The notes under the pieces: generated by a model
What the model saw: the letters and a program-made list of their open reading frames with translations, nothing else
Databases searched by the model: none
Told to the model about the DNA's origin: nothing
Assembly: GCA_002104905.1 (NCBI GenBank)
Contig: MCFE01000483.1
Coordinates: 1 to 64,000 of the forward strand
Reading direction: 5' to 3'
DNA from: Basidiobolus meristosporus CBS 931.73
Taxonomy: Eukaryota; Fungi; Basidiobolomycota
Length of the DNA stretch: 64,000 nt
Part shown: positions 46,543-58,613 of the stretch, one piece after another
Numbering within the stretch: position 1 is the first letter of the stretch
Layout of the letters: each line of letters begins with the position of its first letter
Position numbers and translations under genes: made by a program

Positions 46543-47337
46543 ATGGTTAGTTACGCACTGCCTAGAAGTCTTCAACAGACACACATCTCCCTGCAACCTT
46601 ACTCCCGCCAGCTCCCACTTCATCCACATCCATCTACAGCATTTCTTCCTCTGGCTCACAATCCTTTACCCGAGCTTGCCAACACATCTAAGGGCCATGG
46701 AGCACAACTTTCTACTCCTCAGGACATAACACCCTCACGTTTCAACTCAGCCTTCGTCTATGACGACGAGAAGGGTTTACATGAACCCGCGGCAGCGGCC
46801 CTCGCTGTTTCATATTCACAGCCTGAGTTTGCATTTGACACCAATCCGCTACCTCCACAGCCAAGCTTCCTGAATGAAATTGACGTCGCCTCCGCCACGA
46901 TGCTCGCAATCTTGGCCGCCGACTTGACATATCAGCTATGGCATGGCCACCCGTGCGCATCCAGTCTTGAATTCCAGTTTTTTGTCCACCATGTTTTGAA
47001 TACCACCCAGATCTCCATGCCCACATTGACCCTGGCTTTGAAACTGATCCATACATTGAAGCTTCGTCAGCCCACCTTATGCGGGGATCCCGGCTCTGAA
47101 TGCCGTGTGTTCACGGTGGGACTGATACTTGCCAACAAGACGCTCGAGGACAATAACTTCACGAACAAGACGTGGTCTAAAGTGACCGGGCTTCCGAGCG
47201 CAGAGATCAACCAGATGGAGATGGAGTTCTTGGAGGTCCTGGAATGGCGTTGCTTGGTCAGCCAACAGGATTACCTGGAGTGGCGGTCTCTCCTGGAGAA
47301 CCACCTGCTCTCCTACAGCCTATCTTTGACAGCATGA
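46543..47337 (+). CDS. Pho80/Pcl-family (Clg1/Pcl5-like) cyclin, 264 aa
   Basis: Pro/His-rich N-terminus, then FQFFVHHVLNTTQIS...LALKLIHTLK...PGSECRVFTVGLILANKTLEDNNFTNKTWSKVTGL...INQMEMEFLEVLEW. Confidence 0.9.
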   Translation: MVSYALPRSLQQTHISLQPYSRQLPLHPHPSTAFLPLAHNPLPELANTSKGHGAQLSTPQDITPSRFNSAFVYDDEKGLHEPAAAALAVSYSQPEFAFDTNPLPPQPSFLNEIDVASATMLAILAADLTYQLWHGHPCASSLEFQFFVHHVLNTTQISMPTLTLALKLIHTLKLRQPTLCGDPGSECRVFTVGLILANKTLEDNNFTNKTWSKVTGLPSAEINQMEMEFLEVLEWRCLVSQQDYLEWRSLLENHLLSYSLSLTA

Positions 47338-48087
47338 GTGGCCCTGATCCCTCTGCCTTTAGAAGAAGTTAGGGCTGTACGAGTTGCAAAGAAACCCACT
47401 CATCATGGATGCACCTAGATATTCCTAGTCCTCTCGTTTGTCTCTCCCCTTTCATTCCTTCCGGGAAAAGCCACTGGATATCGGACGTGGTATAGAGCTA
47501 CCCACTGCGCCTGAGCAGTGCTGAGTCATGGCCACTTCGTACAGTAGCCCAAAGTGTCAGACACACCCAACACAACTTGTAAGTAGATATCCGCAATACA
47601 CTTGTCCAATGAAGGACATATACAGAGTCCATAGATAAAATGAGCGGCTACTCTCGATTCTGTACTGGAAACGTATCCTCGGTAATCGAGTTGAATCCGC
47701 CTTACACATACACTGGATGCATGTTCCAAGAAGCCTCATGGCTGCACATTACAACTGCTACGATGTTGGTTCAATGATATATTTTCTATTAGTTTGATTG
47801 CAACCAGGGCTACGTCTTCGGTAGTACCGCCTTTCATGCTTGAAATTCCATGAGAACCCATTCAAAATCTAATAAAAAATCCGGTAGAAAGAGAGGACTA
47901 AGGGCGGCGTGTAGGTGGGGAAGTGGGGGAGGGGTCATTTTGGAATTCGAAGTGGATGAAAGGCGACCAGGTGATGCAGAAAGAAGTCGAAAGGCCTTCA
48001 CAGGGAGGTTTTGGGTCAGGTATTCGAAAGTGAGACGTATCCAAAAATCATTCATAAAATGAAGCTTTTTGTGGATCTCAATTAGGT

Positions 48088-49664
48088 TCATTTCATTAAC
48101 TGGTTCAATAGCTGTTCGGCTGTGAGACAAGGCTGGGCACCTTGATGCGTAGGTGAAGAGGTCGTTACGGAGGTAGGATTGGTCATAATATAGTCAATGG
48201 GATGGGTTGGTGCGAAGAATAAGTCATCAAATGAAGGGATGCTTGCGGATATGGTGTTGGTGGTGACCATTGTAGATTCGGTGGGTGGTAGTGTTGTCTG
48301 GAGTAAGCCAGGAAGGTCTGGAGCGGAGTGGGTGTTGGATGACGATAATGGAATGGCTTCGGACTTGATCTTTCTGGGTCGAGGTTTCAGCTGAACGGTG
48401 TACTTTGATCGGTAAAGATCAAGAACCCGTTGAAGAGCACCTTTTTTACCGGCCAGAAGCTGCGGGTTTAGCCAGGCCTAAAGGGGAAGAACCGTTTAGA
48501 ATGCATCCTATTGAGCTTGAAGAGCGAGAAGTGAGTTGGCGTACCAGTTTCCAAGCAATCTCGTTGAAAATCACTTCGTCGGCTCGGTGAGCTTCCTCGT
48601 ACTGGTCTTTACTTGCGAAGGCGGATCTCGGAAATACGCTGTTCTTTTGCTTGAACGCATTATCAATCTCGCTTATATCCACATCATTTATGTTGATACG
48701 CACGACCCACGACTTCCCAGTGAATATATCCTGGTATACAAGAGTATCCGTATCTGGGATGGTCTGCGGACTGCCGGATGAAGATGACGAGGTGCAGGAA
48801 GCAGAGCAATCGACATTGGACGAGGACCCTCTTGGTTTACGCCGACGAAGGGTCCCGTTCATTATCTTCTCTTGGCGAGTCACTCTTCTGGAGCGTAGAC
48901 CGGGATATCGGTTACGATAGCTGTCTACGGCTCGCTGGATCAAGCCTCGCTTCCCACTAATCTGCTCAGGGTTGAGGTAGGCCAGCTTCCAGCCTAACTG
49001 GTTACATTCAGTCTCATAGGACCACCGGTTTCCCTTGTACTCTTCCTTGTTGCAGAAGGCTCGCGGATACACCTACATGGAGCAACTATTTAGCATATAG
49101 TCACCACAAACACTTCAAAGGCCAATCAACAATAAACAAAAATGGAAGGATAATTGGCGTACGGTGGTACAAAGGAAGAGAACAAAGCAAGTATGAAAAC
49201 GAAGAACAGATATTTACACAGTTTTCCTGCTGGAACTTGGGCTCCAACTTCTCAAGGTCGACTTTCTCGACGTCAGTACGGATTTCGTATTTTTGGAGGC
49301 GTCGGTTATGTGAATAGAAAAACGATACCCACTCGATGCCGTCCCGCATGAAAGTGGTTGGCTCCTTCAGGACCGCATTATTCTGGGTCGCTTTTTGAGA
49401 GGCCAAGTCCGTGACAAGCGGAACATCGAGTTTGACTTGTGTGGTTGCTAACTTGGTAATCCTGCCATCTTTTGTGTATTTCAATATATCTGTGCGCTGT
49501 TTCTTAACTTTCATCAAAGTCTTTTCGATCAGTTCGAGCTGTTCGGAGCTTAACTCCCAAAGCACTTGATCTGGATTAAACGCAGGATCCAGCAAATGAG
49601 CAATTGTTATCTCATGCAGACTTGAAGGAATGGATTGCGCAACATCATAGTAACCTTCGTCCAT
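48088..49664 (-). CDS. Fungal protein with two tandem copies of a domain of unknown function; exons 49218-49664, 48545-49072, 48088-48477
   Basis: Introns 49073-49217 and 48478-48544 have GT..AG ends and join three ORF-track fragments in frame. Repeat 1: ENCVYPRA..GNRWSYETECNQLGWKLAYLNP..GKRGLIQRAVDSYR. Repeat 2: KNSVFPRS..FNEIAWKLAWLNP..GKKGALQRVLDLYR. An acceptor-like TTCAG just before ATG 49664 suggests a possible extra 5' exon. Confidence 0.8.
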
Positions 49665-51917
49665 CCTGAAAGAGCACAAGTCAAGGCGAACAGATAATAT
49701 TCGGTTCTACACTACTAGCTCCCTATCAACTAACAGCAGGTCAAACCACTTGGATGAGGTCAGCGTTGGTGTGTAGTGGAATGGAACACAACTCAGGATT
49801 AGGAGTACCAAAGAGGTATGCAAAATCTGATTCTTGCCTATTGCTGAGGAACGCAATCGACACTATAAAATACTCAGATGCCGATTCCTGTGAGTACTGG
49901 GAGTAGGAAGCTATCCTTGCACGCAAAAGTCCTATTAATTGTTTTCTATATGATGCTGGATCCTATCGATGGGTGATAATTCGCCTGATAAGAAAAAAAA
50001 TCGCAAGAGAAAATCGGATTCTGGAGATCATATTCTTGGATGCTATACACAATCAACCCTATACTGACGAGATTCCGAGCTCAATCCTGTAATCCACTTG
50101 GGGCGATATCCCATATGTGTCTCGGTGCATCCCAAGAACAAATAAATAAATGCTTGGTGATTGAATGATTCATATTGACATTCGGAGAATGCGGACAATA
50201 GCATTTGAATCAAGGCAGATGGAGGCCGCATCTTTGCTTGTCCGACACATGCAACTAAATCTTGTAAGATCAGATATCACACCTCGGTTTTTCTGGTTAG
50301 AGGAGCCCCTCGGTGCGATGGAGAAGCTGAGATACCTAGTTCGGGCATTTCTAAGCCTAGACAATGGATTCAGACCTCAGGGCTGGCGGACGGTTGGGAC
50401 TCCTGGATTCTTCGAAGGAACGCAGATCAACGAGCCTTGCCATCTTGGGGCAGCTCACACACCCAATATGCGTTTTCTACGCATGCCTCCATGTATGCAT
50501 TTTATTGGGAGTCCCACTTGCGTCATTTGATTACCCATGATCATGTATATCATCTAAACACGATCATTTTTCAATTTCTTTATGCAGTTTATTTGTTCTA
50601 GATGAGCTGGTTTCCTCTTACGTTGACTATTAGGCCCGCTTCTCCACTTCCATGAGCGCAGGACAGAAGCAGATATTCTCCTTTCATCAAGAATTTAGCG
50701 AAGCGATCCTTACTAGAATCAGAGAGACGCAGACCAGTAAGCTTCCTATCAAGCCTCCCTTACTCACTCTTGGGGTCAGTAATCCTAACGCTCTCCTGTG
50801 TACTTACAAAAGTCAACGATGAAAATCTCCTTGCACTATACACCCTGTACAAAGATGTGCTACTTGAGGCCTTGAGATTACTAGACAGCAATTCAAGTAG
50901 GTAGATTTGAATTTCGCGTCCACATCCATCCTGTCCGGCATTTGGGGATGCGCAACTATCGGACGCCTAAAGCTGAGGTTAGAGGACAGCGAACTTATCT
51001 TTTGTGAACTGCAGTTAAAAAAATGGTCTGCCCATCTCAACGCAAGCTGTACCAGGTAGATAGAACGCGCCCTTGAATCTTCGTACCCTGCTGTTTAACA
51101 AGTGACAATTGGCAGATCGCAGATCCCGAAATCGAGGAATCAGTGCTCTATGAATATTGCAATTGCCCCACGTTTCTACAGGAAGGTACAGTGGAGCAGA
51201 AACTGGTTCAATCCATATGGTCCTTGTATTCACGTATTTGAAGTTGTTATATATAAGCGGGGCACTCTGGTTAGTTACTGTTTTGAATTTTGTCGAGCAA
51301 ATTTGCTTTCGAAGACTAATTCTCACGGCCTAGTGCAAACATTTATTGGCTATTCGTCTTTCGGAAGCACTAGGGAGCTGCAACGAGGTCGCTATATCGG
51401 ACAAAGAGTTCGTGGATATTTTGTGCGCTAGGCATATGGCTCGGTAGAAACAGGCAGTGATTGGTACTCGTCTGGTGAATTTTATAGCTCTTGTACATAT
51501 AGAATAAATTGCTTGGATCAATAGAGCTTTCGCTGCATCTATCGTGGGGGTACGACGACTGTAAACTGCATATCACAAAAGTACCTATTCTTGATGTAGC
51601 CAGGTACCATCGGTCGCTGGCCAAATCAATCTGGCATAAAAGAAAATGCTGTGCAACATCACTGAAGCCGTTCATGATACAGTTTGCATCGGGTAGTAAG
51701 CGCTATAAACCTTGGGAAGTTGAGTATCTTACGCCAACACGATGAGGATGGGAATTCCATTCTATCAAGGGACACACTATAGTCATGGTTTGGGGGGATG
51801 GATCTCAGTCCCGAGATTGGTTAATGCTCGCAACACACCCTGTTTCATAAACTCGACATCAAGTTGAACAAGCAATTTTATTCTTGATAAGTACCATCTT
51901 CGCCGTATTTGACAACA

Positions 51918-52479
51918 ATGTACGCTGTCGCTACTGCTTCATTGAAAGTATGCTTATTTTCTACCGTTCAGTTGTTTTTGCCTTAAGCGAAGTGAATGCG
52001 TGGCTAACGTCAATATCTGTGGCACCAAAAGAAACCCCTCTTCACCAATTCTGCTCGTGGGTTTTCTTCTCAAGCTGTCCAAATGAAGGGTATTTCCCTG
52101 ATATTTCCTGCTTAGTAAGACATGTCCTTTGACAATGGTATAAACAACAGACACAGTTCAAGAGCTCTATCTTAAGGTCTTGAGAGAGTATAAACCTAAG
52201 GCTCAGGTGTGTTTGGCACACTTTTGAACTCAATTTAGTTACAGGCCTAACTCAGCAATTCGATCTATGATGTGTGATACCACGCGCACATAGCCGACTG
52301 GTGCGGAAGTTGGTCAAGTCAAAGACCTAAAGCTCCCTCCACCACCACAGGTAAACATCATATGTTTTCCGCTACAGGTCTTAATGATTAACTTTTCGAT
52401 ATACTCCCAGGTCCCCAAGGTCAATGAAGATATTGCAGCTGAGCTTGCTGCTTATGATTCTGAAGCAACTGCACGCTAA
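51918..52479 (+). CDS. ATP14: Mitochondrial ATP synthase subunit h, 89 aa; exons 51918-51947, 52032-52089, 52151-52206, 52294-52350, 52411-52479
   Basis: Spliced product MYAVATASLKKPLFTNSARGFSSQAVQMKDTVQELYLKVLREYKPKAQPTGAEVGQVKDLKLPPPPQVPKVNEDIAAELAAYDSEATAR. It has a presequence-like N-terminus and the D-x-VQ-x-LYL-x3-YKP and EL-x-AY motifs of subunit h. Exons total 270 nt. Absent from the ORF track. Confidence 0.85.
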
Positions 52480-53387
52480 TAGTGTCGCCGTTAAGATCTC
52501 TCTTAGCACTGGGCTAAATCCCCCCGCTTATTCAGCCGTGTGTGCTGCGGCCTGTGTGCTATATCTCATTTCCTAATGGTTTGAGTAAAGCAGATGAATC
52601 AGCCAATCGTTCGATTATGCTATACATTCAACTGGATAGAATACGATTGCGTATACAAAGGTCTAACTTGCGATATTGAGGATATGACTGGCATAATGAT
52701 GACATATGCGGTCAGCCTATGTGTAGGGCAGATGCATTGAGATCAACACATTGTGCGCTATATCCAGCAACCAGCATCTGGCACTCAATATCCATTTATC
52801 CAGTGTGATCTTTATTTATGCAGCATTTGGGTCCTCTAGTGTGCATGTCTTTGTGATTGATTTACGCAATCATTTTCACGATCACTTATATTGAATCAAC
52901 GCTATTTTGTTGATCACGATACCTTTTGCTCTGACCTATCCATTTACAGGCGATCCAAGTACATAGCAACTATAGTCTGTTACCTGCTTGAACAAGATTT
53001 ACTTCTACCACCTTCTCAATGGTTAACTATCCACCAAGGCATGTCCGTGGTTCTTGCTGTTATGAGTCTTGTATGCATCTGTGTTTCGCAAGTCTAGACT
53101 AGCTTGCGTCAGAACCAAGCACTGAGTGAGCAAACGACATTAGGCTCGTGCTATGCTGGTATATTGTTTGCTCGGGCGAATCTGAAATATGCCGCGTTGG
53201 TAACTCGCTCATCTGGATTCCCTCGGATGAAACATGAATGGTGTATTTTAATCATAGCATTGAACCAAAAATGCCATCCCAGCCCATTAGAGGCAAAGGG
53301 TAACCTGTTTTCATGTCACATGATAGTTGCGTTGTCACTCTTTATAAGTTTTGCAGCCTCCCAGAGATAATAAACGTATTCCTGACA

Positions 53388-54411
53388 ATGAGCAACCACG
53401 ATTCTTCAAAAAACAACAAACCAGATAATGGACCCACAGACGAGCAAATTTTAGAATATGAACAGTCTATCCGCGACAACCAGGCCAAAACAGTTCCTTT
53501 GGTTAATGTCGACGAGGACATCTTGCAGCTCTTGGCGGAATACGCAGCAGGCTCCAAAATCTTTCAAACCAAGATCCAGGTAAATAGCACAATCCAGCAT
53601 ATTTCGTACTGGTCTATAATTCAGGAATTGAACAGCCTTTCTCATGGATAATAGAAACTGAGCGCTGAGTATGATCGCATACGCCGCTGTCGTGGCGATG
53701 GTAAGTATTTATGGACATATTATTATGCCGATAATTTGCTAACACTTTCCAACTAGGCAATTGTTTTTTTCGAGGTAAGTAAATATTTGGGCAGATGGGC
53801 GTACCTCGATTTGACTGAAGAAATAACATGCCTGCTGGTACATTATAGCCTTCGCTTATAGCTGGTATGAAAACATTATGCTGGCGAATGACCCTGACCT
53901 ACTGAACGAAGCACGTCAATTGTTACTGAAGACCTCGGATCTACTGAAGGACGCCAACTTCGAACCTCTAGCCTATGAGGACTTCTATGATGTAGCCCTA
54001 GAGACTCTGGACTCTCTTCCACAGCAGAACTCCTCAACTTTGCTTTCCATATTCCAGACTGATCATATTTCCAACGCGATTGTGGTGCACTTTCGCTTTA
54101 TCACTTCGGCGTATTTGAAATTACATGCGGAAGAATACCTCCCCTTCATTGATTATGCTGGAAGTATGGACCAGTTCTGCTCGCATTATGTGGAGGCGAT
54201 GGGAATGGAGTCTGACCAAATTCATATTATTGCGTTAACGAAGGTTCTCGACACTCCAGTGCAAGTGGTCTACCTGGATGGATCTAACAACACCGATTCA
54301 GTTGTGTTCCACAACTTCGAAGTCGATCATACCGAGTCCGCACTCTCCAAAAGATCCCTGGTTTTACTCTATCGCCCAGGACATTATGATATTCTTTACA
54401 AGAAGCAGTGA
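53388..54411 (+). CDS. OTUB1: Otubain-family deubiquitinase (peptidase C65), 272 aa; exons 53388-53579, 53655-53700, 53757-53774, 53849-54411
   Basis: Spliced sequence gives IRRCRGDGNCFFRAFAY, FRFITSA, VEAMGMESDQIHIIAL and LLYRPGHYDILY, so the Asp/Cys/His catalytic residues are present. All introns are GT..AG. Exons total 819 nt. Confidence 0.93.
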
Positions 54412-54963
54412 CTTTCAAGGACCACGTGTTTGTTTACTCTGGGAACGGATTTCCCGGTACCCGCAAGCGAAATCGGTTTCCAGTGACTATATACCTCCAA
54501 AATGACAAATAAATACATATATCTTGAGAGCACCGTTATTATCTTCAACGGACCCCTTGTTTTTCATCCACGCCGCTCTTGTCATCAGCATCGGGAAGAT
54601 TTCCCGAGAACCAACAGCATTCGCCGACGTAAGATGCGAATATTAGCGTGGTTGCCTCTTGGTTCAATTCACTTTATTCATACTTCACTTCAACAAAATG
54701 GTGGAGTTTCCATTGGGATCTTGCAGAATGGCACGGATGTGTAGACAAAGCAAAAACGATCCCTGGCTCGCCCCACTTCCAGCTGGATCCCTTCTGCACA
54801 GGCTACGGACATCCCTTAGGATCAAAGTACGAGTATAGTGTACCAGGCTAGGGACTTTTTTGATATTCACATGGCTCGCCCTGGTTCTACTCTATTGTTC
54901 GTGGTGCACGTTTGCGCATCACATGATGAATTGGGGTAACGGGAAGGTATGTAAGTCACTAAG

Positions 54964-57114
54964 TCAAGGGAAGCTGGACTTCATATCTTCCGAGGTTGAA
55001 TAGAACATTGACCCGGTGGACTTGTCCGCTGATTCGCTCCTACTCAGAATTTCCGAGGCGGTAGAGGAATTCCTTTCTGGACTCGACTCGACATCGGATT
55101 TGATCACATCCGTTGACGCTTCAATATGGATGTTGGACTGGTCGAGCGATTTGGTTGGGCTAGGGGCAAAGGAGACGGTTTGGTTTTTACTTGTGTAGCC
55201 CGCCTTCTCTTCCACAGTTGGCTTATCGTTGGTATCACCTGAGGGTTGCCGTTGTTGCTCTGTTTTGGCGATGCTTCTTTTCTTTTTCGCAGACTCTTTC
55301 AACTGGTCCCAACGATCACGATACTTGTTGAGCATCATACTCTGAGGAATAGTCATTAGCCTGGTGTGGCAACATTCGTTGTGATCCATCCAGTTACCTG
55401 CTTTTCGTTCTCCAATTTCAGCAATCGAACCTCCTCTTCTAGCTCTTGGATCTTTTTCTGGGGTGTGATCGCGGTGTGTGCATTAGAACTCACTAACGAT
55501 ATGGTCAGTGTCATCATTGAGTTGAGAAAACGATCCGATACCAACCATATTGGCTTTCGCCTGTGCTGTATTTACTTCCATAAATACGACTCAGCTCTGG
55601 CGCTAACCGTCCTTTCTTACCCTGCGGAGCGAGTTGTTACACAATGCATCAATGCTGCTCCAACTACCTTCACATACCTGCTTTTGGACGTCCTGCCTCA
55701 GCTGGATGATGCTGCTCTTTAGCAGGGTATTTTCTTCTGCTGCCTAAATCAATACTCTTCATTACTTTCAAACAATCACAATGGCTGGTTTTGCAATACA
55801 GAGCACTGCCTTACTTTTTCTAAAGCGTTAACCTGTCGGGATAGAATATCGATCGCCTTTTTCAAGTGCTGATTTTCAATGGCATATTCTTCAATCGTCT
55901 TTGTGGATCCGATAACCCTAGTAGCCGCCAAGGATTAGTACAGGGTGTGAATTCATGGTATTCGTGGAATGAATACTTCTGTCGGCTAGACTGCTTGCTC
56001 GCTCCCGGATGATTCCGCAGAAGACTCCTTGACGATTCGTAATCGCCTTCGACAGAATCTCTCTTGGTACTTTTCTGCTTACAGGATTGCTCCGGAACAA
56101 TGATAAAGGAACCCAATGTTTCGTGCAGGTTCGAGGTCTCTGGAAGTTCTGAAACTAAGCCTAAATGAAAATGGACTAGTCACCACGCCCTGTAATGCGT
56201 ATTCTTACCCTCGTTCTTCTTTGCGTATTGGCCTCGAATTTCCTCGATATCAAACTTCTCCATCCCTTCCAGTGGTGCGGTAGCAAATGCTATAGGGTTT
56301 GATGTATTTTGTATCAGAGCCTCTACAGCCTCCCAGAACCTGTCGAAGGGATCGGATTTATTCTCCTAGGGAAGTTTGGGGTGTTGGATTAGCATTCCTC
56401 TTTAACTATCCACGAACTCACGTCCCTTCACACCTCATCTTGTAAATTACTCTTCAACACCAAGAAAGAATCGTCAAATACGTGAGAAGGCGATGTACTC
56501 GAGGAGTGTAGTTGCCCTAGCCGGAAAATTTAGTAATAGAAGCAGCTATAGGCAGGAATGAAGACACTGACCACTACGAAATCTAGTGGAATTCGAAATA
56601 TATCTAGAAGAGAGGATATTTAAGGCTTTTGCAGTTGAGTTGGCCTTAGAAAAGCTCTCCTCGCCACCGTTGTCGGCAGAACTGCGCCTTTGCGAAGTAT
56701 TTTTGTTGATTCTACGCTCCATTTCAAGCCCTTGCCTTTGATGCGCAGAAGAAAGAAGTTGAAGAGTACGAATGACCTGTACGATGGGAAAAGTTTAGCC
56801 TGATAGCCAGTAGCATTCGAAACACAAACCGTACTTCAGCTTCAGAGGTGAATTCTATTGCCATTTCGAAATGCTCTTTTGTGGATAACAGATTCGTTAA
56901 CAACACGTCTTTAACTCGTAACACTTGGTTCACTTTTTACCAGCAGCATTGAAATGCTCCTTCATTGCTTCTTCCAGTAAACCTCTTGTCTCAAACTCCT
57001 CTGCCGCATTGGCATGTTGATGAGCCTAAGGAGCAAACAAACCATCCATGAGTCTATGCATCTCCCAAAATCCAAACGAAAATATGGTACTTTGTTGATT
57101 GGACTTTCCTCCAT
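54964..57114 (-). CDS. NRBF2/Atg38-like protein: N-terminal MIT-like domain plus coiled coils, about 12 exons
   Basis: Manual splicing gives MEESPINK|AHQHANAAEEFETRGLLEEAMKEHFNAA|EHFEMAIEFTSEAE|VIRTLQLLSSAHQRQ..., then DPFDRFWEAVEALIQNTSNPIAFATAPL, KTIEEYAIENQHLKKAIDILS, ENTLLKSSIIQLRQDV and KYRDRWDQLKESAKKKR, with a stop at 54964. The family assignment rests on recalled similarity of the MIT region. Confidence 0.7.
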
Positions 57115-57930
57115 GCCAAATATACGACTTAGTATCTCTCCTTCAAAGAATAAGTAAACTCACTTGCGTCAATTACGAGTGAAGCTGCTCTATTGAAATG
57201 GACCTAATCCGCCGTTCGCACTTAAGTAGTGACTGTTAAGGACATTCTCTCACGTGAGTATGCTCACTGAATCAATCAATTCGTGCACCCCTGATATCCA
57301 ATTCGTCAGGGATGGCGTAGTTGAAACGATCCAACCAATATTTGTTCGGAATTCATAATATTGGAAATGTCCTGAGCGGACCGAGTGGAAATCAAGGGAA
57401 CCGGCCACCCAATATCAAGCATACAGGCGAATTCCGAGGTACACAGGGAAGAATCGAGGTTGGATATAAAAAGCTGCATTGATCAGATTTCCCCAAAATG
57501 CCACTGGATTTGCTTCGCATCTGCATCAAAGCTTACCGCTGCAGCCAACGCAGCAGTGAATATACCCCAAGGATCCGAGCTTCCTCAGAGCCGCCCACAC
57601 TGCCCAGCTGGGATTCCCCGTTCTTGTATCTCGGATAGCCCACTTGAAGGAAGTGCAGCCTGCTCAAAGTGCCCGGTACCCAATGATCGGGACATTCCAC
57701 ATCTTACACCGGAACCAAGTAAATATCGGGACAATCAACCACATCCAAGAGCAATCGGTTCATGTTTATTTGAAGCTATATTTCAGTAAAGATTGAAACG
57801 ACCTATATCATCTATACGCATCCCAATCAGCCGATGCTACTTGACAAAATCGATAAAATAGGAAACCGTACATGAACAAATAAATAGAAATAAAGAAATC
57901 CTGTGCTGAACCATATGAACACGGGCCGAA

Positions 57931-58613
57931 TCAGCCCAAACCACCCCACACGCCACGAATACGTCTCGCAAGTTGAATATCTCTCTGCATGAGGGTGACG
58001 CGCTTGGCGTGAATAGCGCAGAGATTGCTAACCAGATCCACTTAGTACACGAACGATCGTCTCGATTCCCAACCAAAATAAAGTCCACTTACGCGTCTTC
58101 AAACAAGTGCACGAGGAACGCTTCGGTAGCTTCTTGAAGCGCCATGATGGCGTGACTCTGCCAGCGGAGGCCTACCTGGTCCTGGCTAAACTCACCCAGC
58201 ACATACTCGGAAGCGATCTCCCTCACCTAAGAAAAAAACATTGCCTGGTTGATGAGTGCGCGTAGCAAAGCCAGAGGAAAGAATCGTAGGTACCAGACGG
58301 GCAAATGGGAGTTTACGAAGTAGAAGATCGGTGGTTTTTTGGTAGTGACGGATTTCGCGAAGTGCCACCGTACCCGGGCGATATCTTCTGGTTTTGGTGG
58401 TTCCGGGGGTTCTTGGATCTAAACGTGGGAATTGAGTGAAAAGAAAGGTGGTGTAGAAGGCTGGAAGCTATTACTCTTGGGTGGTGTACGCCTGGTCCCA
58501 GGGAGAGTTTTGGAGGTCGATTTGGTGGGCGTTTGGATGGATTTGGAGGAGAACTTTTTGGTGGATTTTGCAGCCAGCATAGGGCGCTGGTTGGTGTGTT
58601 TGGTTCTTGCCAT
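57931..58613 (-). CDS. CSE4: Centromeric histone H3 variant CENP-A/Cse4, 159 aa; exons 58490-58613, 58294-58418, 58093-58226, 57931-58027
   Basis: Histone fold [36 protein letters not shown]...[36 protein letters not shown]. It shows cenH3 hallmarks: PFARL instead of H3 PFQRL, LRWQS instead of LRFQS, a lengthened loop 1 and a divergent N-tail. Confidence 0.92.

Noticed and set aside
57385-57789. 134-aa plus-strand ORF between the MIT-protein gene and CENP-A
   Set aside because: No recognisable motif, and it overlaps probable UTR/promoter sequence of minus-strand genes.
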